Assembly (NCBI GenBank): GCA_012295275.1
Contig: CM022669.1
Span: 7,688,001-7,752,000, forward strand
Direction: 5' to 3'
From: Chrysomallon squamiferum
Taxonomy: Eukaryota; Animalia; Mollusca
Length of the DNA stretch: 64,000 nt
The translations under genes were made by a program, and so were the position numbers. This document shows, one piece after another, positions 26,916-39,800 of this stretch. Below the pieces are notes generated by a model that was given only the letters and a program-made list of their open reading frames with translations, was not told the origin of the DNA and made no database searches. Each line of letters starts with the position of its first letter. Position 1 is the first letter of the stretch.

Positions 26916-27921
26916 ATGACCCGTAAGCAGTATTTCTAACTTCTACCATATTATCACAATAATCATGTCTTGTTTGTGGAATAAAGTTGAAAGGAATAGT
27001 CTTGTTTACTAATTTTACCGAATTGAGGTCAGCTTAAGAATATAAAAACGTAACCGCCTAACTTGTCTTTGTCAAACCTAAAGTTTACTCAAATATCAGA
27101 TTCAAGTAAATGATTAGCAAACTGTATAAATGAACATCAAGAAAAGAAATAAACAAAAAACAAACAACAAAATGCAACAAAAATTATTAAATTAGTTTAA
27201 TAATTAGTTTCTGTGGTTTTTTTTTTTTTTTTTTTTTTCATGCAGTTAATTACTTTAAAAACTAAAATAAAAGAAGAAAGAACGGAATTTTTTTAAATAA
27301 AACTATTTTTCATTCAGCTCAAGGTACATACATTTGTTTTGTTGTTGTTGTCTCAGTTGAAGTTAATAATTAAAAGTATTGGCACTTAAAATGATAATAA
27401 AAAAATAAAATAAATAAAAGCTCAACTACTTCTTGTAAAACAAACAATAATAAAAAAAAAAAAAAATTATCCAACTGTCATATTACTGAAACAATTACTT
27501 TAGTATTTTATTTTTAAATTTATTCCATCTCTTTTTATTATAAGACTTAAAACACACACATTTAAAATGAATGTAGACATTTGCTATCCTAAACACATAC
27601 ACTATAAGTATTTTGTATTCTTTTTTTTTCTTCTATTAAACACTATTTATAAAATGTGACAACAGCACAGAATTTCAACACATTAATGTTGCAGAAAACT
27701 ATTTTATAATTTGGACATGCATGCCAAAATAATAACAATTATTGTGTGTGTGGGGTGTTTGGGTGGGTGGGGTATGTGTGTGTCTGATAATTTAGGGATC
27801 AAATAATAATATTAATTTTTTGTGTGTGTGTGTGTGTGTGATAATTTAGGGAACAAATAATAATAATATTAATTATGTGTTTGTGTGTGTGTGTTTGTGT
27901 GTGTATGCATGTGTGTGTGTG

Positions 27922-27955
<34 letters not shown>

Positions 27956-28607
27956 TGTATGTATGTATGTATGTGTGTATGATTGTATTAAATAAGTTAT
28001 TGCTTTTGTAGGGGGCAATCAACGGGAATTAGCCCGAGCTAGAAATCTGAAGAAACAGCAACAGATAGCTAAAACTGCACAAGCCCAGAAAGGTGGAGGA
28101 CGGTCACTGGAAGAAAGAAAACAAAGGTAAATTAAACTTAAAATTTTCTTCTAAATAATGCTCACTAGATAAACATTGACACTATACAATTTTAAATAAA
28201 TAAAATTTTATATGGTTTAAACAATTTTTAAACTTAATACTGGGCATTAGAAAACAGTTTTAAAAGACTCTGAATGCCAAATTTCCTATATAAAATGTTT
28301 ACAAATGTTTCTCAGCCAAAAAGGGATTCTATGCAGAAAATATTTTGATTCAACAATTTTTATTTTTGAGAACTAGAAATGTCCTTCAGTACACAAAATT
28401 TGATTTTAAATAAACTTTACATCGATGTTCATATTTCTAAATACAAGATTCGTATAGTTACGAATAAATATAAAAAATATTTTTATTTTAGTGTTACTGC
28501 TTTAACGGAAACATTTGTCTGTTTTCAGAGATGCTGAAATAATGCGGCAGAAACAGATGAAAAGTAAAGCTGCTGCCGAGTCAGGGGGCAGTGGAAGTTC
28601 GAAGTAA
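26916..28607 (+). CDS. SERF2: Small EDRK-rich factor (SERF/MOAG-4 family), 66 aa. Exons 26916-26922, 28012-28126, 28529-28607
   Basis: Translates to MTRGNQRELARARNLKKQ...SLEERKQRDAEIMRQKQ, with the family-typical 7-nt first coding exon ATGACCC|GTAAG and AATAAA at 28864. It is absent from the supplied ORF track. SERF1 and SERF2 cannot be distinguished in an invertebrate. Confidence 0.93.
27730..27980. repeat. Short tandem duplication (ATAATTTAGGGA.CAAATAATAAT unit) with (TG)n and (TATG)n microsatellites
   Basis: The unit is seen at about 27787 and 27841, followed by a (TATG)n run. Confidence 0.8.
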
Positions 28608-30480
28608 CACAGAGCAGGTCTAGAGCAACTGACCAGTAAATCACAAAAATGCTGTTTTTAATTCCTGATATGTTTCTTTGTTGGTTTTTGTTGGGGGTTT
28701 TTTAACAAGAAATATGCCTTTGTACATAACCTGGAGGTAAAAAGAAAAAGAAAAAACAATAGACAAAAGTGCTGATTCAGGAAGTTTTATCTTCATGTTC
28801 TTGTTTTTATTATTTCTGCCATCTCTGTACAATTCTGTGTTAGATGTATTCTGTTCTTGTCTTAATAAAGGATGGTCAGTTTGATTCTTCTACTGTTTTT
28901 GTTGTGTTTTGTTTTTTAATTTTGTTTCAGTTCATTTTAGGAATAGTTAAGGGCAGTCAGTACCCTTCAGTGATGTGACAGAGAATTCACTGTTATCATT
29001 CCTTACAGAATTTACATCAGTGAATAATTTTATGCTCTTCCCCATGGAAAGGAGTGAGAGGTGGAAAAAAAGTTCTATTAAAGGGAATTGATCTTGAAAC
29101 TTGTTACATTTCGATCCACTGATGTAACAAATAAGCTATATCTTGTCTATTCTTGTCTTTTTTTATAACTTTGTGTGTAACTGTGGTGGTTTTTCTTTTG
29201 GGGGGGGGGTGTTTTTTTGTTTGTTTTTTTTTTGTTGCTGTTTTAACTATGTAAATAATAAAAATAAAGTGGAGATCTTTGCACGTTAATTTCAGTATTA
29301 ATTATATTTTTTCCATAATCATAATTATTTAACCTAATTAACTAAATTTTATCTCCCAGCAGTTTTAAAAAGAATGAGTTGTATAATCGGTACATAGACC
29401 ACGCGGTCCACTTATAAAACTTGATAAATAGGAAAACTGATTTGTCACAATACCTACAGGCGTCCATTACATAAACTTACGCACTATTGATTTTTTTTTT
29501 TACAGTTACAAAAATGTATTTAGAAAGAAAGAAAAGAAATTTATTTTTATTTATGTTTTAATTATTATTATTATTATTATTTTTTTTTTTTTTTATTTTT
29601 TTTTTTTTTTTTTTTTTTTTTTCAATGATTAAACTTTGATTATTCATTTTATTAAATTATCGCAGTTTAAAACTATTTAAAACATAATTCGTCAACGTGC
29701 ATTAATCATGAGAAAACAAATGTATGCTGTTTAACAGAAAAGAGAAGAATTTAAACACTTTGTGCCGTTCACAACGCGATGAGAATTTTGTACGTCAAAA
29801 CGTGCCCTAACGAGATTGTGGTCGAATGCGGTATTTACCGTATTTGAGATACGTAAACGTTTTTCCTCCCAATATTTAAAGCATTATGTTTTTGCATAAT
29901 GTTCTTTTGTTTGTTTTAAAATATTTAGTTATTTTATTTTATTTTTTTATTTATTTTTTATTTTTCTGAACAAAAATGTGGCATCAAAATCTGTAGACAC
30001 TGAAATTAAACCGTATCGAAATAGAATGTAACTTATGTCAGCATCGGGCTAAATCAGTGGATACTAATTTACTAAATGAAAAATATTTATTTCATTTTTC
30101 TTGCATCAAATTAATGAATTTATTTATTTAAATTTTTTTTTTATTTTTTTTTTTTTTCCGTTTCTGTAAAATTGTTACAGAAAAAGAAAAGGAAATATAT
30201 ATATATTTTTTTTCATTAATAGTAAAAACTTTTATTGATGCAATTTGTTAATCGTACGTTCTTTTCAAAGATGACTTCTTTCTTTTATTACTTCCCATCT
30301 GAGGTTACGAAATATATTTAAATTATTAAAAAATAAAAATACATAAATGAATAAAAAAGAAAGAAAGGAAAACTATACACAGCCAAGTTTAATGATATTG
30401 ATTATATGACCAAATCATAATCTAAAAATAGATACATTTTCCGAAAGATTTCGCATTATTCAACTTTACAGACTTGAATA

Positions 30481-30516
30481 ATGAGTGAATGTTTAACGAC
30501 ACCCCAGCATAAAAAT
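30481..30516. mobile_element. Fragment of a gastropod interspersed repeat
   Basis: GAATGTTTAACGACACCCCAGCA matches, from memory only, the end of an abundant interspersed repeat in gastropod genomes. Not verified by search. Confidence 0.45.
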
Positions 30517-30550
30517 CTTTACAGACCAGTTAATGTACCTATAAGACGTA

Positions 30551-31084
30551 CAATAATATCTCGCTTAACGATCTCTTTTTACAAATTATATAAATAAAAA
30601 TTTAATAGTTAACTGCTCGAAATAAATGGTACAAATACATACAATGCATGTGTTTAAGTCCGTTCGTTTTTCGTTCAGTCACTGATATACGTGCATGTGG
30701 TGTTCAGATTCTCTCTTCTTTTCTGCTTCCATTTACACTTAAAGCTTCTGTAATTTACCCTTCCAATATGTCAAAACGAACAGACAAGTACACCGGCAAA
30801 TGCTGATGATAAAAAGAAACGAAAGAATAACTTTAGAAACAAAATACGATATTTTAAATGAACACAAAACCTACAAAAATGAACCCACAGTGAGTGGCAT
30901 ATAATTAATTCTTAATCTATTTTCATAAATTGATTTGTAAATAATTTATTGTTTGTTTAATATCTATGATCTATTAAATCATTTATGCCTGAATTGCCGT
31001 TTTATTTCTCCTTATTTAACATTTTTTATTTTTTATGACAAATCTCATCAGCGAGAACGTAACCATTGTTACTAACTAGTTTTC

Positions 31085-31135
<51 letters not shown>

Positions 31136-31364
31136 GCGAATTAATCGATAAATGGGAAGCCGCCCTTTGCCAATAATTTAAATATATATTTTGTGCTGAC
31201 TGTGGGTTTGAGTCAACCATCTTTAGATGAATTTAATGTCCCTTTGCATCATTTATAAAATTTGTAGAATATTTTTTAATGTTTATACAGGAGTGTACTG
31301 TATACAGTAATAAACAGAACAGAGGAAATCAGTTCTATTATACGTTACGTAGGTTTGGATACTG
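30551..31364 (+). mobile_element. Decayed, internally deleted pogo/Tigger-type DNA transposon
   Basis: Left end TA|CAATAATATCTCGCTTAACG and a degenerate right end CGTTACGTAGGTTTGGATACTG|TA. A frameshifted transposase N-terminus at 30768-30865 reads MSKR...KKKRK/ITLETKYDILN, resembling the start of the CENP-B/psq HTH. Confidence 0.6.
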
Positions 31365-31559
31365 TAAATACAAGTAATGTTGTTGTTTGTTTTTTTTTTT
31401 TATTATTTATTTAATGGTTTTTATTATTATTATTTATTTCTTCTGAATAAAGAAAATCTTTAAAGGATATTCCAATTTTATTACTTGATTCTAATTTGAA
31501 TAATTCATACATGTTACTGCGGAAACGAGACTGACACAGAATGGATAATGTGAGATGTG

Positions 31560-31770
31560 ATGCTTGACGCTTAAACGCTGCGCTGCCGCTTCCACGACTG
31601 ATGTTCTACTATAGTGTACAGTATACAATACCGATTGGTCGTAAGTCTGCGACGTCGTTGAACGAGTAGGTCGTTAAATGAGGAGAGTCTCTATATGCTT
31701 CAGTTATTGCCATCACCGGAAGTCGATAATAGCTTTACTTGTTTCGAAGGGAAGGCAATGCACGGTTTAG
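31560..31770 (+). promoter_or_regulatory. XPA promoter
   Basis: CpG-dense patch with an inverted CCAAT (ATTGG, about 31634), GACGTC (about 31651) and ETS ACCGGAAGT (about 31715), upstream of the first coding exon. Confidence 0.6.
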
Positions 31771-31883
31771 CTTATGTCCTAAGTCATTGATTTGGCTAAA
31801 TCTAAAGAGATTATGACAAATTACCGATAAACAATCTAATTAGTTATTCCAGTAGTTTCATTTCCACCAGTTCATCATTAATA

Positions 31884-34800
31884 ATGAAACAGGATGGTAT
31901 GTGTCTAATAATATTACACGTATATTTTGTATTGATTTGAAGGTGCTGTTTTGATATTTATATTGACATTTTTTTTTTTAATTATTGTACATTGTTATCC
32001 ATTAAATTTCCTACATTAACGCAGTAGCACCATGTAACGTTTGATTTTATTTTTTTTTTTTTTTTATTTTATTTTTTATTTATTTAGATGAGTTGTCTGA
32101 AAAAACTGAAGCAGAAGAACCAGTTGTTTTGAAACTATCAGATAAACAGCGCGCACAGATTGAAAGGAATCGACAGAGAGCTTTGCTGATCAGACAGGCT
32201 CGCACACAAAGTAAAAACTTGAACCAAAAACAGGAGTAAGTTATAGGTTTCTGTCATTTTTTTTTTTTATATATAGAACATGTAAATAATAAGACGAATT
32301 ACTTTTGTTAACTTAAGGTACTTAGGTAACATTACAGAAATTATTAATGTATAAATTTAATTGCTTACTCTATGATACGAGCACACTGACTTTTTCATGT
32401 TAGAGTTTTATTATAACCAGAAAATTCACGTTTGAGCCTGATAAAATAACTGTTAATATTTTTAAAATGTAAAGGTATGTTAATGTTGCAAAACATTAAT
32501 TTATTTATTTTAAGTCAAAACCCCAAAAAATCCCGTCTGCAAATTGACACTGGGGCTGGTTTCTTCATTGAAGAGGAGGATGAGATCCTTGCCAAAGCTG
32601 CACCAAAAGTTAAATACCAACCAGGTATTGAATGATTAAAATAAATTATTTGAAAATAGTAAGCATTTTTTAATTCTGGTTTATAATACGAAACTATAGT
32701 GTCGTTAACTTGGTTATTTTCAAACAGTAATATACATTCTTGCACATAAATATAACATTCTACAGTTATTCTTTTCAGGTTCACAATAAATTTTAAAACG
32801 GCAAAAAGTTTGTTACAAGTATGAGAGGAAGAAATATATAATATATTGTTTATATTAGTAGTTATTGTCACACGGTTGAATGTCGTTCAATTTGCTTTTA
32901 AATATGAATGCAGAAATACCAGTCATTTTCCTGTTTCCAGTTACCACAGTACTAATTAGGATGAAGTTAAAATTCTAAAAAATAATGAAATAAATATTAA
33001 TATAATTTTTTAAATACTATTCTCATTGTCATTATTTTTATTTATTATTATTATTTATATACCATTATTCTTCCTAATTATTACTGATGTTGCTGAAATT
33101 TATAATTATTATTATTAGTATCATCATTATCATTATTTTATTATCATCATCATCATCATCCTTATTATAATTTCAGGCCCGGTCCTGTCAGTGGAAAACT
33201 TGATATGCTCAGACTGTCAGAAGGAATTTATGGAGTCATATCTTTATGAACGTTATGACCTAGCAGTGTGTGACACATGCAGGTAGAAAAATTATTTCAA
33301 TTTTTTATTATAAACAGAAGATCAAAACATATTTTAAATATCCTAGTTTCCACTCAATCAAAGATAAAAATCATGTGCATTCTTTATATTATACACAGTA
33401 TTAGATTTAAAAAAAAATAGGAATAACATTATTTTTTAATGTATGACTGAAAACTAATCTTTATGAATTTTGCACATCAATGAACTCCCAAGTAATAATA
33501 TTATTTTCTTTTCTTTATATTTTATATAAGTATACTGATATAAGCTAAAAGTTTAAAAGTCTTTAATAAGTTTTTGAATAATACAGTAACTGACAGAAGA
33601 CAATACAATAAAAATAAGAAGTGCCAAGGGTTATTGTCTGTTTCTTTTATATTCTATATTGATTTAGCAGACTGCACTGTTAAAAATATGGGAGATAATT
33701 TGCTAAGCTTTTATTCAGGATATATAATTAATACTTTCTTTGAAGGAAAAAAGATGAAGAGAAGTATAAACTTATCACAAAAACAGAAGCCAAAACAACG
33801 TACCTACTAAAAGACTGCGACTTTGACAAACGAGAACCTCCACTTAAATTTATAATTTACAAAAACCCACAGAATTCAAGATGGGGTGATATGAAGCTAT
33901 ATTTGAAAATGCAGGTGGTTATAACAAAATTAAAAAGTTTTAGAGATTTACTGACAGGAAATGCAGAACAAAAATAGATTTTATACATTATATAGGAACG
34001 TTTCAGATATAAAAAACATTTTGAAGTAGAAATTAAAATAAAAACCAAAATAATTTTTTTTTATGCTTTTAAACATTTGACTGTTGAAGATTTTAATTTG
34101 AAGAGCCTGAGAGATGATACATTTTAATCTTATGATAGATACATTTACAATGTAATGACTGATATATATATATATATATGATTCAGTTAAAACTCCACAT
34201 ATCAGTTTTCACTTTGAAATTGTATCAGTTTACATACATGCAGTATTACATCCGATGAAATGCAAAGCTGTCAGATACATGAGTGTATATGTGTGTGTTT
34301 TTTTGTTTTTCTTTCAGTATTTAAATGGATAAATATTGTTTTTGTTTCTAGGTAGAAGCAAGAGCTCTTGAGGTTTGGGGCAGTGAGGAAAAAATTGAGG
34401 AGGCTCATGAAGAGCGAGCTGAAAAGCGAGACAAATCAAAACAGAAGAAATTTGATAAAAGAGTTAAAGGTACAGAATGTTTAACAACACTCATTTAATA
34501 CTAGTCTAGGTCAGTTAGACTTTCTTACACAGAGATATGAAAGGAAACACAATACTTCCACCGTTGGGTTACTGATATTAATTAATAGTAATAAATCTTT
34601 TACATGCATGTTGAAGTGGACATGCATTCAGAAACTGTAACAAGAGATTCAGTAGTTATAAACTCAAGATATGATGGGTCATGGTATTAATCCTGCATGG
34701 AGCTACAGTTACTTTATTTCCAGTTCTAATAAGGAGGACCAGAAGCCATATATTTTCCTTATCTATAAGAAGCTATTTTCAAAAGTCCTCTTGCAGCATT

Positions 34801-35053
34801 ACTATCTTAAGTCTTTTTTGCTACAATAGAATAATTCAGTTTTGCAATGATTCTTGATAGATTTTTATAATCAGTTGAACAGTTTTTATTAAATATTTCA
34901 GAATTACGAATGGCAGTTAGAAGCAGTTTGTGGAAGAAGACCACAGCGAAACACGAACATGAATATGGAGAAGAATCGTATGATGAGGAGAGTGATGAAT
35001 ACTCAAAAACTTGCAAATCTTGTGGTTATGTGTTAACATATGAAAAAATGTGA
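31884..35053 (+). CDS. XPA: DNA repair protein XPA, about 271 aa. Exons 31884-31896, 32088-32235, 32515-32624, 33177-33282, 33746-33914, 34352-34469, 34902-35053
   Basis: Contains [18 protein letters not shown] (RPA32-binding helix), [11 protein letters not shown] (ERCC1-binding motif), the C4 zinc finger CSDC...[27 protein letters not shown] and C-terminal [13 protein letters not shown]. The start exon is the least certain part. Confidence 0.95.
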
Positions 35054-35344
35054 CTTGAAATGTTTCTAATACCTGAAAAAATGTTATTAAGTAATTTTAA
35101 ATTATTATGAAATGTTATCTATAGAAATAACCAATTCTGCAAAGTTATTACTGATAGACATGAAAATGCATTGTACTTAAATTAAGTTTATTTAAAACTT
35201 GATGGAAGTTTTGTATAAAATTTGTAAAAACCAAATCAAGGGAATTTGTATATATATATACATACACACACACACACACACACACAAACACTACTACATA
35301 AAATAATGCCATAGAATTGTGACCATTTTTATTTTTAGAAAAGA

Positions 35345-35558
35345 ACATTCTATCAGGGTGAATATCAACAAAGTTCATTTAGAAAGATATAAATGTACTG
35401 AATTCTCTCTCCAGTTGAATCAGTTTGATCAAATCAAAGAACAATGTTGTGTGGGTTCATTTTAAAACTGTTCTGGGCTGGTTCAGTTCAAAGGTGCAGT
35501 CAAACCAAATGACACAAATCCGAAACTGATCAGATTCATCTTCATGATTACAAGCCAT
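35345..35558 (-). pseudogene. Decayed RING-finger (TRIM-like N-terminus) relic
   Basis: Reads MACNHEDESDQFRICVIWFDCTFELNQPRTVLK*THTTLFFDLIKLIQ...FVDIHPD. This follows the TRIM RING pattern CxxC..F..PRxLxCxHTFCxxCL, with TGG and TGA at expected Cys positions. Confidence 0.45.
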
Positions 35559-36807
35559 TGTGTATGTTCTTGAGAATTGTATTTATTCTGTTTAACAAAA
35601 TGTTGAAATTCTAGAAGTGCATTTATGCTCATGAACAATTGAATCCATGTTTTATTTATTCAACCTGCACTCCCAATAAATTTCCAAAGTACATCTATAT
35701 CAATGGTTACATTGTTGTTTTTTTTATCATTTTTTTAAATCCTTGACAGAAATCTTTTTCTGGTTTCATCAGATTGTCTGTAACACACATATATTCTTGG
35801 ATCCAGATATTTTGATTTGTTCTTCATCCGATATGGAAAAATGCAAATTTGATAAAATTTGCCTGCAAAAATTCACATTAATAATTTTCAATTTTTTTTA
35901 TAATAAAAATGATTACATCACATGCAAATATTATATTTACTTTCCATGGAAAAAAGTATTGCATAATGTAAATGTATTATTTTTAGTTTCCATCAAATTA
36001 GCTATTAATGAAGACAGAAGTAATCTATCATTTGTGTTAATTATTATTTTATTAATAACTATATGTACAGGTAAAATCTGTAATTTACTATTAGAACTGA
36101 TTGATACTTAATTTTTTAATAAGTTTTATTTTGTCAAAAAGATATTTTCCTGTAAACAAGAAACACACATCCTCTTCTTTGGCAAATAATTTTCTGAGAT
36201 TATTTTTATTACAGACAGAAATATGACATTAAGTTAGGAATGATGATTATTGTTGAATATTTCAGTTAATCTACAAAATAGTAAAAGTAATGAAATAAAA
36301 ATGAGTAACAATTTTTTTTTTTTATTAATGTCATGTTTGTCTTTTTGTAAATTTTATTAAGAAATCTCTGGAGAAATTACTGAACTGTTTTGTGGGGTGT
36401 TTTTTGTTGCTGTTTTTTAAAAATACTGAAGGTTCATTTAATGTCCATCATGAAACAGTTTATAATAAAGTTAATTGTTAGTGATTGTTACAAAACCTTA
36501 ATAATACTTGCTTCAGTTCAACTTCAAATATGCAGTAAAAACACAAATGAAAAAAAAAAATCAACCAAAAAAATCTTGAACGTAAGAAAATATTTATTTG
36601 ACACACTACAAAAGAAGAATTTTGATGAAAAGCAGGATTTTTATATGATTTGTATATTTTTTTAAATAAGGATGTACATTGCTGACTGAATTTCAAAGAT
36701 GACAAACAAAAAAAAAATGAGGAATATAGCAATTGCTGAGTTTCCTGTCCTTCATATACATTTAATATTCTTGTAAAAATTTAAGAATATTAAATGTTTT
36801 GGTGGTT

Positions 36808-39800
36808 TTAATCCTCTGCTCCTGTTGTTTGGGCTGGTTCGGAAGATGCTGCTCCTGCATCAGACTGTTTCTTGGTGCCTGAGACAATGTCATCAATTCT
36901 CAGAAGTAACATGGCAGTCTGAAGTGAACAGAACAGTTACAAGTTTCAGTGTTTTCATCAGTTTATGTTCAATACCAATGTGCATTCTCAGACATTTTAA
37001 AAAAAAAAATTTTAAAACACATCTTGAATACTGAGTTAATTATTTTCAAAATTGTCATTTTTAATAATTTCTTTAGCCAACTTATTACACATTTAGAAAA
37101 AATTTCCAGATAAAATGATTTAAATTTGACCACAAACACACATTTAACATTATCCAAATTCTTTAATAAACTTCTGCTACAAGAAGACAACATTCAGTAC
37201 CTTTTAACAGTAATACATAGGTTTTGAAATTTCACTATATAAAAATAATTACCTCAATGGCAGCCTTGAACACTTGGTATTTCACCGAGATTGGTTCCCA
37301 AACCTGATATTCTTTCATGTCAACTATATTACCATTAGTACCATCAATACCCCAAGTGGTGCAGTTTGGCTGTGCATGTTTAGCCTGGAACAATAACAAA
37401 ATTTAATTGTTTAGTATCATCTCACATTTTTATATTAAATGCAATGTTTCATGAATATAAATGTTATTCCAGACAGATCATTTTCATCAAATGTTGGGCT
37501 ACTGTTGATGACTGATATGAACAGATCTTTCAAGGAATTTGTCCCCCCTCCCCACTAAATAAAATAACCGTGTTGGGACTGATTAGAATATACACATCTG
37601 AAAAGACCAATTCCGTAACCCAACAAATCTCTTGAAAAAATGTTACTCAGCAATCTACGGTTGTCTAATAATGTGGAAATTACCTAATAACAAATGTAAT
37701 ATTTATTGCCACCTAACACAACATGAGCTCCTGACAAGTACTAACCCGCAGTGCAGTCAGTGTTCTGATGGCACTAGCTCCACAGTTCTGTATCAGAGTT
37801 CTAGGACAAATCTCTAAAGCTCTTGACACAGCTCGATAAGGCCACTGGTGGATTCCTGTGATACTCTTAGCTTTCTCATTCAAGGCCTGGAAAATGAACA
37901 AAAATTATATATCATGACATCATGAATTTAAATTATCATATATATATATATTTTTTGTACAGTCAACACATTTAATTTTATTCCATTTATAATCTGTAGA
38001 TCACGGGTAAATGTAAAACGTGCAATAAAATGAAAACAGATTGTGTCTGCCTGTATGCCTGTCAGTATTGAGAATATGTGTGACAGAATGTTCTGTATGT
38101 TACCTGTGCCAATGCCATCTCCGTGGCTCCACCACCTGGCACCAACTGTGGATTGACCATCACATTTCTGGCCACATTCATAGCATCCTGCAGATTACGT
38201 TCAACTTCATTCAGAATATCTTTACTAGCTCCACGCAGCAGAATTGTACAAGCTTTGGGCTCTTTGCACTCAACAAGGAATGTGAAATAGCTAGGAAACA
38301 GATATATGAAATAAAAATTAACTTGAATAAAATAAACTTTTTTTATTACCATTTCGAAAAAGATAACAAAATTTAATATTTAAAAATCTATTAAAAACAA
38401 CAGAAAAAAACGTATTAATTAAAATTTAAAAACTAAAATTATTAATAATATCCAATTCTTTTTTATTCAAAAAAAATGTTTTAGAAAAAGATTGCAGATC
38501 GACTAACAATTTCTTTTAACTGATGTAAGTATCCAGGATAATTATTTATCTAAAATAATAGTTAAGTATATCTCTTTTTAACCAAATTTAATATTTAAAA
38601 ATCTTAAAAAAACCCATCCCCCCCCAAAAAGTTAATTTAAATTTAAAAAAACAAAACAATCTTCATTTTAAAAAAATTGTTTTTAAAAAATATCGGCTTA
38701 CACAACTACTAACAACTGATATGTTTATCTAAAATAACAGTTAAGTGTATCTGTTTTCTAACAACTTACTCATCTCCTATTTTCTCAATTTCAAACAGAC
38801 CACACCCTGTTCCTAAGTCATCTTCACATATCTCATCTGTCCTGTTGGCTATGGTTGCTCCACATGCTCTGAATAACAGCAACATTCTTTTTTAAACATA
38901 CTGACCAACAGTTGGAATGATATTAGTAAATTCTTAAAAACATTAGAAATACTACTGATAAAAATTATGAAACAGTTAAAAAAAAAGAAAAAAAAATTTA
39001 AAAAATAACTTGAGCTGGAATGACAAAAGAATTTTTTTTTTAAAACAGAAGAAAAACTGTAAAATAATCGAATAAACTATGATGCTGTATTTTTTAACAT
39101 ATCCTGACCAAAATTTCAAAAGACAAAACAAATTTTTTAAAAAGAGAGAACATTTCTAGTAAAAATAAACAAAATACATGAATCCACATCTATGTGTTAT
39201 TTTGTGAAATATTACAATGTGTCTTAACTTCAATAATAAAAAGTAGATCAGTGTAATAACCTGGCTATCCTGTTGTTGTCAGATTTTCGCACTCTCCTGA
39301 TGACACTGACTCCAGCCTTGACAAAGAAGTGCTGTGCCAAGTCAGACACTCCTTTCTCTGTGATGATTAGATCAGGTTTAAATGCTAGTATTTCATTACA
39401 CATCTTCTTTATGTATTCTTCCTCAAGCTGCAGAAGCCGTCTGAAATATAAATTTTTATTATGCAATAAACCCCAGTTTCCTTGATCATACTATCTGTTT
39501 ACATTCACATATAGGGTAATAATAATATTAGCACATGATGAGTATATATGGGTGAAACAATTTAACATTATGGGAGTCATGTTATGTTTTATTTTATTCT
39601 AACTGTTAAAATGTGTGTTTCTGAATTGAGCAGCAAACTATAAAATAACCACCTTCCTGAATATAAATCTGAATATAAACAGCATAATATTAAAGCATAT
39701 TTTTATACAAAATAAACAAAAAAGAAAAAGAAATCAACAGTTTTGGTGAAATGCTATATTATTTATCTTTTTAAGACATTAACTAACTTAAAATTATTAT

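Noticed and set aside
34598-34710. H/ACA-like layout in XPA intron 6 (hairpin, ACAAGA, hairpin, ACA)
   Set aside because: The first hairpin lacks a two-sided pocket and the second stem is weak; compatible with chance.
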